Assembly (NCBI GenBank): GCA_964016885.1
Contig: OZ024743.1
Location: 193,192,001-193,256,000, forward strand
DNA length: 64,000 nucleotides
Direction: 5' to 3'
Source of the DNA: Eledone cirrhosa
Lineage: Eukaryota
Of the stretch, positions 40,210 through 50,767 are shown in pieces (position 1 is the first letter of the stretch; each line of letters opens with the position of its first letter). A program made the position numbers and the translations under genes. The notes beneath the pieces were generated by a model. It made no database searches and was not told the DNA's origin. It saw nothing but the letters and a program-made list of their open reading frames with translations.

Positions 40210-40211
<2 letters not shown>
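39406..40211 (-). mobile_element. 5'-truncated RTE LINE (diverged family A)
   Basis: [18 protein letters not shown]...WYGHMM; (ATG)n tail; (TA)n on both sides. Confidence 0.9.
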
Positions 40212-40247
<36 letters not shown>

Positions 40248-40270
40248 TATATATACACATATATATATAT

Positions 40271-40311
<41 letters not shown>

Positions 40312-40333
40312 AATATATATTATATATATATAT

Positions 40334-40371
<38 letters not shown>

Positions 40372-40410
40372 TATACACATATATATATATATATACACAC
40401 ATATATATAT

Positions 40411-40964
40411 ATCATCATCATCGTTTAGCGTCCATATTCCACACTTGCATGGGTTTGGACGGGAGTTTTCCCATTTGAGGCAAGAGTGGTTGTCTTGCTC
40501 GCATAGGACTGTCTGGCGGGTTTTCTACAGCTGGATGCCCTTCCTAACACCAACCACATTTACAGTGTGGGACTGGGAGGTTTTTACCGTGTTACCTACA
40601 CGGCCACATTACAGCGTGGACTGTGTGTTTTTTTTTGTCGTGAAACCTACGCGACCTCATTTGTTTCAGCCTGGATGTTGTGGCACCAACATAACTTTAC
40701 ATTGCAAGGGGCGGTGTTGATGGGGTGGTGGTGGTGGGACGGGGGTGTATTTTGTTAGAGGTGCCTACTGACTGTAGTAGGTTTTACTTTGTATTTAGGT
40801 AAGGCGGGTCTTCTCTATTACTGAGTACCGCCAAAGATCTCGGTCCAGTGACATTGTCTTGGAGAGGTGTATGTGTGTGAGGTCGGAATTTATCAAGTCG
40901 TCCCAGATTTTTCTAGGTCTGCCTACTCCGTGGCTACCGTCTATCTTTATTGCCCTGCACTTTT
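40411..40964 (-). mobile_element. 5'-truncated RTE LINE (family A)
   Basis: Homologous to the 3' end of 43248-47542. Confidence 0.9.
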
Positions 40965-41045
<81 letters not shown>

Positions 41046-41060
41046 TATATATATATATAT

Positions 41061-41103
<43 letters not shown>

Positions 41104-41121
41104 TATATATATATATATATA

Positions 41122-41510
41122 CATGGCTTAGTGGTTAGAGCATTGGCCTTGCAATCGAAAGGTTGTGAGTTCAATTCTCACACCGGGTGATGTGTTGTTT
41201 CCTTGAGCAAGACACTTTATTTCACATTGCTCCAGTTTACTCAGCTGTAGAAATGAGATGATAGGGACTGGGGTCCCTATCATTCCACTGCAAAGTGGTC
41301 GTGGAGGTGCCACGGCAAAAAAGCACCCAGCACTCACTGTAAAGTGGTCGTGAAGGTGCCACGGGAAAAAAGCACCCAGCAGTCACTGTAAATGAGGTTG
41401 GTGTTAGGAAGGGCATCCAGCTGTAGAAATCAAGCCAGAATCAGTTCCCGTCTCACCCTTGCAAGCAGGGGAAAAGTGGACGTAAAATGAAATGAAATGA
41501 ATGAAATGAT
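41122..41510 (+). mobile_element. tRNA-derived SINE family S1 (CORE-like centre, RTE-derived tail)
   Basis: A-box TGGCTTAGTGG, B-box GAGTTCAATTC, CCTTGAGCAAGACACTT core-like block, tail shared with RTE 3' ends; old partial copies about 890-1010 and 26035-26170. Confidence 0.85.
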
Positions 41511-41534
41511 ATATATACATATATATATATATAT

Positions 41535-41987
41535 CATCATCATCATCACCGTTTTACGTCCGTTCTTCCACGCTAGCATGGGTTAGACGGGTTGTCCTGT
41601 TGTGTGCAGTGTCTGGTCGGCTGACCATGCCTTGCTCATACAGGAACTGATCTGGCTTGATTTCTACAGCTGGATGCCCTTCCTAACACCAACCTCATTT
41701 ATAGTGAGTGCTGGGTGCTTTTTCGTGGCGCCTACACGTCCACTTTACAGTGTGGGCTGGGTGCTTTTTTGCCATGGCACCTCCACGACCACCTTGCGGT
41801 GGGGGGTGTGGGGGCATATTGTTTATATGCTTCAGCATGTACCCATGGGAGGTCGGGTACTCTGTATTACTGCGTGACGCCAGAAGTCACGATCGTGTGT
41901 CATTGTCTTTGAGAGGTGTAATTGGGTAAGGTCGGCTTTTATCACCTCATCCCAGGTCATCTTGGGTCTCCCCACTCCGCGGTTTCC
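41535..41987 (-). mobile_element. 5'-truncated RTE LINE of a third subfamily whose 3' UTR matches SINE S1
   Basis: [16 protein letters not shown]...DRDFWR followed by aaaaagcacccagcactcac...gaggttggtgttagg. Confidence 0.8.
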
Positions 41988-42018
<31 letters not shown>

Positions 42019-42073
42019 TATATATATACACACATATATATATATATACACACACACATATATATATATATAT

Positions 42074-42124
<51 letters not shown>

Positions 42125-42253
42125 TATATATATACACACATATATATATATATACACACATATATATATATATATACACATATATATATATATATACACA
42201 TATATATATATACACATATATATATACACACATATATATATATATATATATAT

Positions 42254-42579
42254 CATCATTTCATTTTACGTCCCTGCTTGCAAGGGTGGGATGGGAACTG
42301 ATTCTGGCTTGATTTCTACAGCTGGATGCCCTTCCTAACACCAACCTCATTTACAGTGAGTGCTGGGTGCTTTTTTTGCCGTGGTACCTACACGACCACT
42401 TTGCAGTGGAATGATAGACACCCCAGTCCCTATCATCTCATTTCTACAGCTGAGTAAACTGGAGCAATGTGAAATAAAGTGTCTTGCTCAAGGAAACAAC
42501 ACACCACCCGGTCTGAGACTTGAACTCACAACCTTTCGATGGCAAGGCCAATGCTCTAACCACTAAGCCATGTGCCTCC

Positions 42580-42580
<1 letters not shown>
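42254..42580 (-). mobile_element. SINE family S1
   Basis: Reverse-complement match to 41122-41510 and 52387-52720. Confidence 0.85.
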
Positions 42581-42625
<45 letters not shown>

Positions 42626-42741
42626 AAATGGAATAGAATGAAATGAAATTTCATTTCTCAGTCTTAGTACGGCACTTACTTAAATGTAAGTATGTATGTA
42701 TACGTACATACATATATGCATACAGACGTACAGTAGCATGC

Positions 42742-42772
<31 letters not shown>

Positions 42773-43117
42773 CAGGCACACATATATATATGTACGTATA
42801 AGTTTAGCGAACATTTATTATAATGCTCGCTTTGTCCGTTTGTAAACAAACGTTTGTAAACAAACGGACAGCCTGATTTATGCTGTACCGTGTTAAAGCA
42901 ACCACGTCACCTTTTTGTTCAACACTGACACAGGAACGATGTACTAGTTTCAAGCTTGTTAGCTATCGTCAGCACCGTATACCCTTCTGTCAGATGGTTG
43001 AACGTTCGAAAGTATATACTTTCCTTATGAAAATTAACGGCTGAGCAGCCTAATTTGCATATCAAGTGAGTTCAGTCGGCCAGGCGCACCGAAAACAATA
43101 AAATGGAATAGAATGAA
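42626..43117 (-). mobile_element. Solo Penelope pseudo-LTR-like / retrozyme-like monomer
   Basis: Homologous to 54308-54848; terminal direct repeat aaaatggaatagaatgaa at both ends; contains a hammerhead motif. Confidence 0.65.
42936..42978 (-). ncRNA. Minimal type-I hammerhead ribozyme motif
   Basis: Minus strand: ACGGTG-CTGACGA-TAGCT-AACA-AGCTT-GAAAC-TA-GTA-CATCGT; palindromic stem III ACTAGT. Confidence 0.7.
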
Positions 43118-43247
43118 GGGGGGAGGGGGTTGTTGGCAGCATGATGTAGAGTGGGGTGGCTGACCGCGAACCCTCATGATGTAGGGGAGGGGGAGAGATA
43201 TTAAGGAGCGGGAATTAAGAGTATATATGTATATATATATATATACA

Positions 43248-46200
43248 CATCATCATAATCATCATCATCATCATCAGGTTTAGCGTCCGTGTTCCACGCT
43301 TGCATGGGTTTGGACGGGGGTTTTCCCACTTGAGGCAAGAGTGGTTGTCTTGCTCGCATAGGACTGTCTGGCGGGTTTTCTACAGTTGGATGCCCTTCCT
43401 AACACCAACCACATTTACAGTGTGGGGCTGGGAGGTTTTTACCGTGTTGCCTACACGGCCACATTACAGCGTGGACTGTCTGGCGGGTTTTCTACAGCTG
43501 GATGCCCTTCCTAACACCAACCACATTTACAGTGTGGGGCTGGGAGGTTTTTACCGTGTTGCCTACACGGCCACATTTACAGCGTGGACTGTGTGTTTTT
43601 TGTCGTGACACCTAGACGATCTCATTTGTTTCGGCCTGGATGTTGTGGGACCAACATAACTTTACATTGAAAGGGGCGGTGTGGAGGTGGTGGGACGGGG
43701 GTGTGTTTTGATAGAGGTGCCTACTGACTGTAGTAGGTTTTTACTTTGTATTTAGGTAAGGCGGGTCTTCTCTATTACTGAGTACCGCCAAAGGTCTCGG
43801 TCCAGTGACATTGTCTTGGAGAGGTGTAAGCGTGTGAGGTCGGAATTTATCAGCTCGTCCCATGTTTTTCTGGGTCTGCCTACTCCGTGGCTACCGTCTA
43901 TCTTTATTGCCCTGCACTTTGTTATACAGCTGTCGTCTTTCATGCGCATCACGTGACCGTACCAACATAGCCTTCTCTCGAGTAAACAACATCTGATCCC
44001 TCTTATTTCTAATTTTTTTCTTAGTTCGTTTATGCTTTGCCGTTCACGTATATTACTATTGCACATCCAGCGGAGCATGCAAGCTTCGTTCCTCTCTAGT
44101 CTGCGTATATTCTCTGCACACAATGCCCAGGTCTCACTGCCATGCAGCATTGCTGTTCGTATGCAGGCATCGTATAACCTGCCTTTCATTTTTAGGGAGA
44201 ACCCTCTAGCGGCTAATAGTGGTATAAGCTCTCTGAACTTTTTCCATCCAGTTCTGACTCTAGCTACTGTACTTTCAGAGCACCCTCCCCCACTGCTGAT
44301 TTTGTCACCCAGATAACGGAAGCTGTCCACTATTTCTATAGAACCCTCTGCGCAGTTGAAGGAGCTAGTATTTTGTGGGCACTTGCTGCTACTTATTGCA
44401 CCAGAGCACCGGCCACATGTAAAATCTATGTTCTTAGTTAGCTTACCTGTGATCCCACTACATCTTTTATGCACCCATACTTTGCATTTGGGACATAAAA
44501 TGGAGTTTCTACCTACGCCTTTCCTACACACTGAGCATGGCCATTTCCCCGATGGGACCGCCGCCTTATTTTCTTTCCTACAAACTAGAACTTTAGTCTT
44601 AGCCAGGTTAATTTTAAGGCCTTTTGATTCTAGGCCGTGCTTCCACGTTTGGAATTTCTTCTCTAGTTCGGTCATTGATTCAGCTATGAGCGTTAGATCA
44701 TCTGCGTATAGGAGTTCCCATGGGCAGCCGGTCTTGAACTCCTCTGTTATAGCCTGAAGGGCAATAATAAATAGTAGGGGGCAAAGAACAGAGCCCTGAT
44801 GGACACCAACTTTTACGCTAAACTCTTCACTATATTCGTTGTTAATTCTAACCTTACTGACTGTTTCTTTATACATGGCTTGTATAGCTCTCACAAGCCA
44901 TTCGTCAACACCTAGTTTTCTAAGAGACCACCAGATAATGGAACGGGGTACTCTGTCGAAGGCTTTCTCCAAGTCGACAAAAGCTAAGTATAGGGGTTTC
45001 CTTTTAGCTAGGTACTTCTCCTGTAGTTGTCGTACAATGAAAAGAGCGTCTGTGGTACTTTTGCCTGACACAAACCCGAACTGCATTTCATCTAGGTCAA
45101 TTCTCTCTCTGATTAGTTGCGCTATTACTTTTTCCGTGACCTTCATGACCTGGTCGATTAATTTAATGCCTCTATAGTTACTCCTATCTAGGGCATCTCC
45201 TTTTCCCTTATAGCAGTTAACGATGATGCTGCTACGCCATTCCTTCGGAACAACCCCATTCTGTACGACTTGGTTAACTATCCGGGTGACCATGGTGTGT
45301 CCCACCGAACCAGATGCCTTCAGCATCTCAGCAACTATTTCCGAAGGCCCAGCCGCCTTACCCGTCTTCATATCTTTGATTGCCTTACTTATTATACTAC
45401 CTTCAACTAACACTGCTGGTCCCTCTATTGGATCGATCTGGGGGAGACTGTCTTTCTCCCATTTGTTCTCCTCATTTAGAAGCCTTTCGTAGTGACACTT
45501 CCAAGCTACCTTCTTATCAGCGTCGGTGATGGCAAGTATGCCATCATCGTTAAGTACACACTTCTCCCCGACAATATCACGGTTTTCCTTGACACATTGC
45601 CTGGCAATCCTGAACACCTCACGTTGTAGAACATGCTTGAACTTTCTTTCCTCTGCTTCCCTTCTTGCGAAGTACACTTGTCTCCTAGCTTCCCTCCTGG
45701 CCACTTGATAGTCTTCTCTACTTCCCCCATCCCGCCATACTTTCCAAGCCTGCTTTTTGGCCTTAATTGACTCCTCCACCTTACTGTTCCACCACCATGT
45801 TACTCTCCTCCTACCTACAGGCCTGCTCCAGCCACAGACTTCGTCTGCCGCCGTCAGCAGGTTTGCTCTCAGGAATTCCCACTGTTCCTCTATATTATAC
45901 GACTCTAATTGCTCTTCCTTACTGTCGAAAGCGTCAAGTAATTTGCTTTGAAATTTATTTCTGGCTATGGGGTCCTTTAGCTTCCATATTTTTCTCCTGA
46001 GGATAGTCCTCTTTCGCTGTCTAGTACGTCTCGTCCTGACTATGAGGTCGCTAATTATCAGTCTATGTTGGGAGGTGAATTCTTCATGGGGGTGGGATTT
46101 AGTGTTAACAACAGACACTCTGTCACGTCTTCTGGTAAGGATATAATCTACCTGGCTTGTGTGTTCCCCCGATCTATAGGTGATCAAGTGATTGTCTCGT

Positions 46201-47542
46201 TTTTTGAAGTTAGTGTTACAGATAGTTAAGTTATTTGCGTCGCAGAATTCCAGGATTCTGGAGCCTTCCTCATTTCTAGTACCGAACCCATAGCCTCCAT
46301 GGATTCCGTCATAGCCGTCACAATGTTGTCCAACGTGACCATTTAGGTCGCCTGCAATAACTATATAGTCACTGTCGGTTATTTGGGAGGTAGCGAGCAT
46401 CAGTGTCTCGTAGAATCTGTCTTTTATAGCGCGGGGCAGTCCGGATTGGGGTGCGTACGCAGATATTACTATCACCGTAGTTTTATTGAGGACAAGTCTT
46501 ATTTTAATTATTCTGTCGTTCACTCTATTTACGTCTATTATCTTATCTGCCCACTTTTCTGCTACCATGATTCCTACCCCACCCAACCCATTGTCATTTC
46601 CCACCCAGAAAAGCTTATAGCATCGCTCTTTACCCACGATGAATCTAGCCGACCCTCCCCTCCACCTGGTCTCTTGAATACAACAAACATCGACCTCCTT
46701 ACGTTCAAGCATTTCTACAACCTCGTTAGAGCGACCCTTTAAGGTGCCTACATTCATGGTACCGACTCTGAAGTTTTGGATTGCGTTTGGAGGGTGGGAG
46801 CGGTGGGGCGCGGGGGGGGGGGATGGGGTTATGTTAGCCATCCTGGGCCGAAACAAGGAGGAGTGCTTGCATTCTCGTCCACGAGGTGAATTTGGCTTTA
46901 TCTTTGGCATTGTCGCTGAGCGTCCACATTTTTCTCTCTTCAACTCTCCAGAATTCCGTAGTCCATCCATCATATCGAAAAGCAACCAGTTAAGCGATAG
47001 TATGGGCCTCTGACTTATGATTGGTCCACGTAATAATGGTGGTGCGTGGGGGCGGGAGGGAGGGATGATGGGTTGTTAGCGAGAATGTAAGGTTTAAGAT
47101 AAGATCGCCGTATTTTGGGCATGATTTAACAATAAACGAAAATACAAGATTTGTTTTGTTTAAGAAATTACGATAGAGAAAATGCGGTGATAGGGAAAAT
47201 ATGATTTTTAGAGAAAAGATATGATATATAATGGTGAAAATATGATATAGTGTGAATTTAGGACATAGAAGTGATTGAATGAATGGGTTCGAATGGAGAG
47301 AAGAATCGAGAAAAAATTGGGCATAATTTAACAATAAACGAAAATACAAGATTTGTTTTGTTTAAGAAATTACGATAGAGAAAATGCGGTGATGGGGAAA
47401 ATATGATTTTTAGAGAAAAGATATGATATATAATGGTGAAAATATGATATAGTGTGAATTTAGGACATAGAAGTGATTGAATGAATGGGTTCGAATGGAG
47501 AGAAGAATCGAGAAAAAATTTTGGGCATAATTTAACAATAAA
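43248..47542 (-). mobile_element. Full-length RTE-clade LINE (family A)
   Basis: Tandem 5' monomers, single long ORF, about 0.5-kb 3' UTR, (ATG)n tail, (TA)n flanks. Confidence 0.95.
43752..46985 (-). CDS. RTE ORF: APE endonuclease + reverse transcriptase with internal PHD-like zinc finger (about 1077 aa; true start codon uncertain)
   Basis: GTMNVGTL, CIQETRW, SAYAPQ, GDLNGHVG, QVDYIL, SQH; NYRGIKL, QFGF, FVDLEKAFD, GVHQGS, YADD, FRYLG; no internal stop. Confidence 0.95.
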   Translation of the reverse strand: MLFDMMDGLRNSGELKREKCGRSATMPKIKPNSPRGRECKHSSLFRPRMANITPSPPPAPHRSHPPNAIQNFRVGTMNVGTLKGRSNEVVEMLERKEVDVCCIQETRWRGGSARFIVGKERCYKLFWVGNDNGLGGVGIMVAEKWADKIIDVNRVNDRIIKIRLVLNKTTVIVISAYAPQSGLPRAIKDRFYETLMLATSQITDSDYIVIAGDLNGHVGQHCDGYDGIHGGYGFGTRNEEGSRILEFCDANNLTICNTNFKKRDNHLITYRSGEHTSQVDYILTRRRDRVSVVNTKSHPHEEFTSQHRLIISDLIVRTRRTRQRKRTILRRKIWKLKDPIARNKFQSKLLDAFDSKEEQLESYNIEEQWEFLRANLLTAADEVCGWSRPVGRRRVTWWWNSKVEESIKAKKQAWKVWRDGGSREDYQVARREARRQVYFARREAEERKFKHVLQREVFRIARQCVKENRDIVGEKCVLNDDGILAITDADKKVAWKCHYERLLNEENKWEKDSLPQIDPIEGPAVLVEGSIISKAIKDMKTGKAAGPSEIVAEMLKASGSVGHTMVTRIVNQVVQNGVVPKEWRSSIIVNCYKGKGDALDRSNYRGIKLIDQVMKVTEKVIAQLIRERIDLDEMQFGFVSGKSTTDALFIVRQLQEKYLAKRKPLYLAFVDLEKAFDRVPRSIIWWSLRKLGVDEWLVRAIQAMYKETVSKVRINNEYSEEFSVKVGVHQGSVLCPLLFIIALQAITEEFKTGCPWELLYADDLTLIAESMTELEKKFQTWKHGLESKGLKINLAKTKVLVCRKENKAAVPSGKWPCSVCRKGVGRNSILCPKCKVWVHKRCSGITGKLTKNIDFTCGRCSGAISSSKCPQNTSSFNCAEGSIEIVDSFRYLGDKISSGGGCSESTVARVRTGWKKFRELIPLLAARGFSLKMKGRLYDACIRTAMLHGSETWALCAENIRRLERNEACMLRWMCNSNIRERQSINELRKKLEIRGIRCCLLERRLCWYGHVMRMKDDSCITKCRAIKIDGSHGVGRPRKTWDELINSDLTRLHLSKTMSLDRDLWRYSVIEKTRLT

Positions 47543-47662
47543 ATATATATATATGTATATACATATATATATATATACAAATATATCATCATAATCTTCA
47601 TCATCATTTTACGTCCGATTTTCCCTGCTTGCAAGGGTGGGACGGGTCTTATATATATATAT

Positions 47663-48600
47663 ATGGGGGGAGGGTGCTCTGAAAGTACTGTAGCTAGAGT
47701 CAGAACTGGTTGGAAAAAGTTCAGAGAGCTTATACCACTATTAGCTGCTAAAGGGTTCTCACTAAAAATGAAAGGCAGGTTGTACGATGCCTGCATACGA
47801 ACAGCAATGCTGCATGGCAGTGAGACCTGGGCATTGTGTGCAGAGGATATACGCAGACTAGAGAGGAACGAAGCTTGCATGCTCCGCTGGATGTGTAACA
47901 GTAATATACGTGAACGGCAAAGCATAAACGAACTAAGGAAAAAATTAGAGATAAGAGGGATCAGATGTTGTTTACTCGAGAGAAGGCTACGTTGGTATGG
48001 ACACGTGATGCGCATGAAAGTCGATAGCAGTATAACAAAGTGCAGGGCAATAAAGATAGACGGTAGTCACGGAATAGGCAGACCTAGAAAAACCTGGGAC
48101 GAGCTGATAAACTCCGACATCACACACTTACACCTCTCCAAGACAATGTCACTGGACCGAGACCTTTGGCGGTACTCAGTAACAGTGAAGACCCGCCTTA
48201 CCTAAATATATAGTAAAACCTACTCCAGCCAGTAGGCATCTCTAACAAAATACACCCCGTCCCACCACCACCACCCCCACCCCATCCACACCACCCCGTT
48301 CTATGTAAAGTTATGTTGGTGCCGCGCCATCGAGGCCGAAACAAATGAGATCGTGTAGGTGTCACGACAAAAAAACACACAGTCCACGCTGTAATGTGGC
48401 TGTGTAGGCAACACGGTAAAAACCTCCCAGACCCACACTGTAAATGTGGTTGGTGTTAGGAAGGGCATCCAACTGTAGAAAACCTGCCAGACAGTCCTAT
48501 GCGAGCAAGACAATCACTCTTGCCTCAAGTGGGACTACCCCCGTCCAAACCCATGCAAGCGTGGAACACGGACGTTAAACGTTGATGATGATGATGATGA
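47663..48600 (+). mobile_element. 5'-truncated RTE LINE (family A)
   Basis: ORF 47663-48205 nearly identical to the C-terminus of the full-length ORF; (TGA)n tail. Confidence 0.92.
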
Positions 48601-48758
48601 TATATATATATATATATACACACATATATATATACATATATATACATATATATACATATACAATATACATATACATATATATACATATATATACATATAT
48701 ATATACATATATACATATACATATATACATATATATATATATACATATATATATTCAT

Positions 48759-48807
<49 letters not shown>

Positions 48808-48827
48808 TACATATAGATATATATATA

Positions 48828-49220
48828 TGAGAAATGAGGCAAGCATGCTCCGTTGGATGTGCAGTGTAAATGTGCGTGAACGACCCAGCATAAATGTGTT
48901 GAGAGAGAAACTGTGTCTGAGAGGGATAGAATGTAGTGTACGGGAGAGGAGACTGAGGTGGTATGGACATGTGATGCGCATGGAGGATGACTGATGGGTG
49001 AAGAAGTGCCAGGAAATGCCAGTTGAAGGAAGACGTGGTAGAGGTAGACTACGAAAAACATGGGCGGAGGTGGTGAGAATAGACCTCAGATCATTGAAGC
49101 TCACGGTGGAGATGACGAAGGACCGTGACAAGTGGAGAGAAGCTGTGCTGAATAAGACCCGTCCCACCCTTGCAAGCAGGGAAAAGCGGACGTAAAATAA
49201 TGATGATGATGATGATGATA
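48828..49220 (+). mobile_element. 5'-truncated RTE LINE (family B)
   Basis: [11 protein letters not shown]...[16 protein letters not shown]; tail ggacgtaaaat(gat)n. Confidence 0.85.
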
Positions 49221-49332
49221 TACATATATATATATACATATATACATAAATATATATATATACATATATACATAAATATATACATATATATATATACATA
49301 TATACATATATATACATATATATACATATATA

Positions 49333-49530
49333 TCATCATCATCATCATCATTTCGTTTTACGTCCACTTTTCCCTGCTTGCAAGGGTGGGACGGGTCTTA
49401 TTCAGCACAGCATCTCTCCACTTGTCACGGTCCTTCGTCATCTCCACCGTGAGCTTCAATGATCTGAGGTCTATTCTCACCACCTCCGCCCATGTTTTTT
49501 TATATATATACCTCTACCACGTCTTCCTTC
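49333..49530 (-). mobile_element. RTE family B 3' fragment, tail-to-tail with 48828-49220
   Basis: Reverse complement of about 49025-49220, interrupted by a short TA tract. Confidence 0.85.
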
Positions 49531-49544
49531 AAATGTATATATAC

Positions 49545-49579
<35 letters not shown>

Positions 49580-49588
49580 CATATATAC

Positions 49589-49641
<53 letters not shown>

Positions 49642-49647
49642 CATATT

Positions 49648-49683
<36 letters not shown>

Positions 49684-49689
49684 CATATA

Positions 49690-50654
49690 CATCATCATCA
49701 TCATCATCGTTTAACGTCCGTGTTCCATGCTTGCATGGGTTTGGACGGGAGTTTTCCCACTTGAGGCAAGAGTGGTTGTCTTGCTCGCAAAGGACTGTCT
49801 GGCGGGTTTTCTACAGTTGGATGCCCTTCCTAACACCAACCACATTTACAGTGTGGGGCTGGGAGGTTTTTACCGTGTTGCCTACACGGCCACATTACAG
49901 CGTGGACTGTCTGGCAGGTTTTCTACAGCTGGATGCCCTTCCTAACACCAACCACATTTACAGTGTGGGACTGGGACGTTTTTACCGTGTTGCCTACACG
50001 GTCACATTACAGCGTGGACTGTGTGTTTTTTTTTTCGTGACACCTACATGATCTCATTTGTTTCGGCCTGGATTTTGTGGGACCAACATAACTTTACATT
50101 GAAAGGGGTGGTGTGGATGGGGTGGGGGTGGTGGGACGGGGGTGTATTTTGTTAGAGATGCCTACTGACTGTAGTAGGTTTTACTTTATATTTAGGTAAC
50201 GCGAGTCTTCTCTGTTACTGAGTACCGCCAAAGGTCTCGGTCCAGTGACATTGTCTTGGAGAGGTGTAAGTGTGTGAGGTCGGAATTTATCAGCTCGTCC
50301 CAAGTTTTTCTGGGTTTGCCTACTCCGTGGCTACCATCTATCTTTATTGCCCTGCACTTTGTTATACAGCTGTCGTCTTTCATGCGCATCACGTGACCAT
50401 ACCAACGTAGCCTTCTCTCGAGTAAACAACATCTGATCCCTCTTATTTCTAATTTTTTCCTTAGTTCGTTTATGCTTTGCCGTTCACGTATATTACTATT
50501 ACACATCCAGCGGAGCATGCAAGCTTCGTTCCTCTCTAGTCTGCGTATATCCTCTGCACACAATGCCCAGGTCTCACTGCCATGCAACATTGCTGTTCGT
50601 ATGCAGGCATCATACAACTTGCCTTTCACTTTTAGGGAGAACCCTTTAGCGGAT
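49690..50654 (-). mobile_element. 5'-truncated RTE LINE (family A)
   Basis: [18 protein letters not shown]...; 3' UTR with the 112-bp duplication. Confidence 0.92.
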
Positions 50655-50656
50655 AC

Positions 50657-50733
<77 letters not shown>

Positions 50734-50767
50734 CATATATATATATATACACATATATATATATACA

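Noticed and set aside
44032-47013. Plus-strand ORFs overlapping the RTE ORF (and equivalents in other copies)
   Set aside because: Antisense shadows of the RT frame with no independent motifs.
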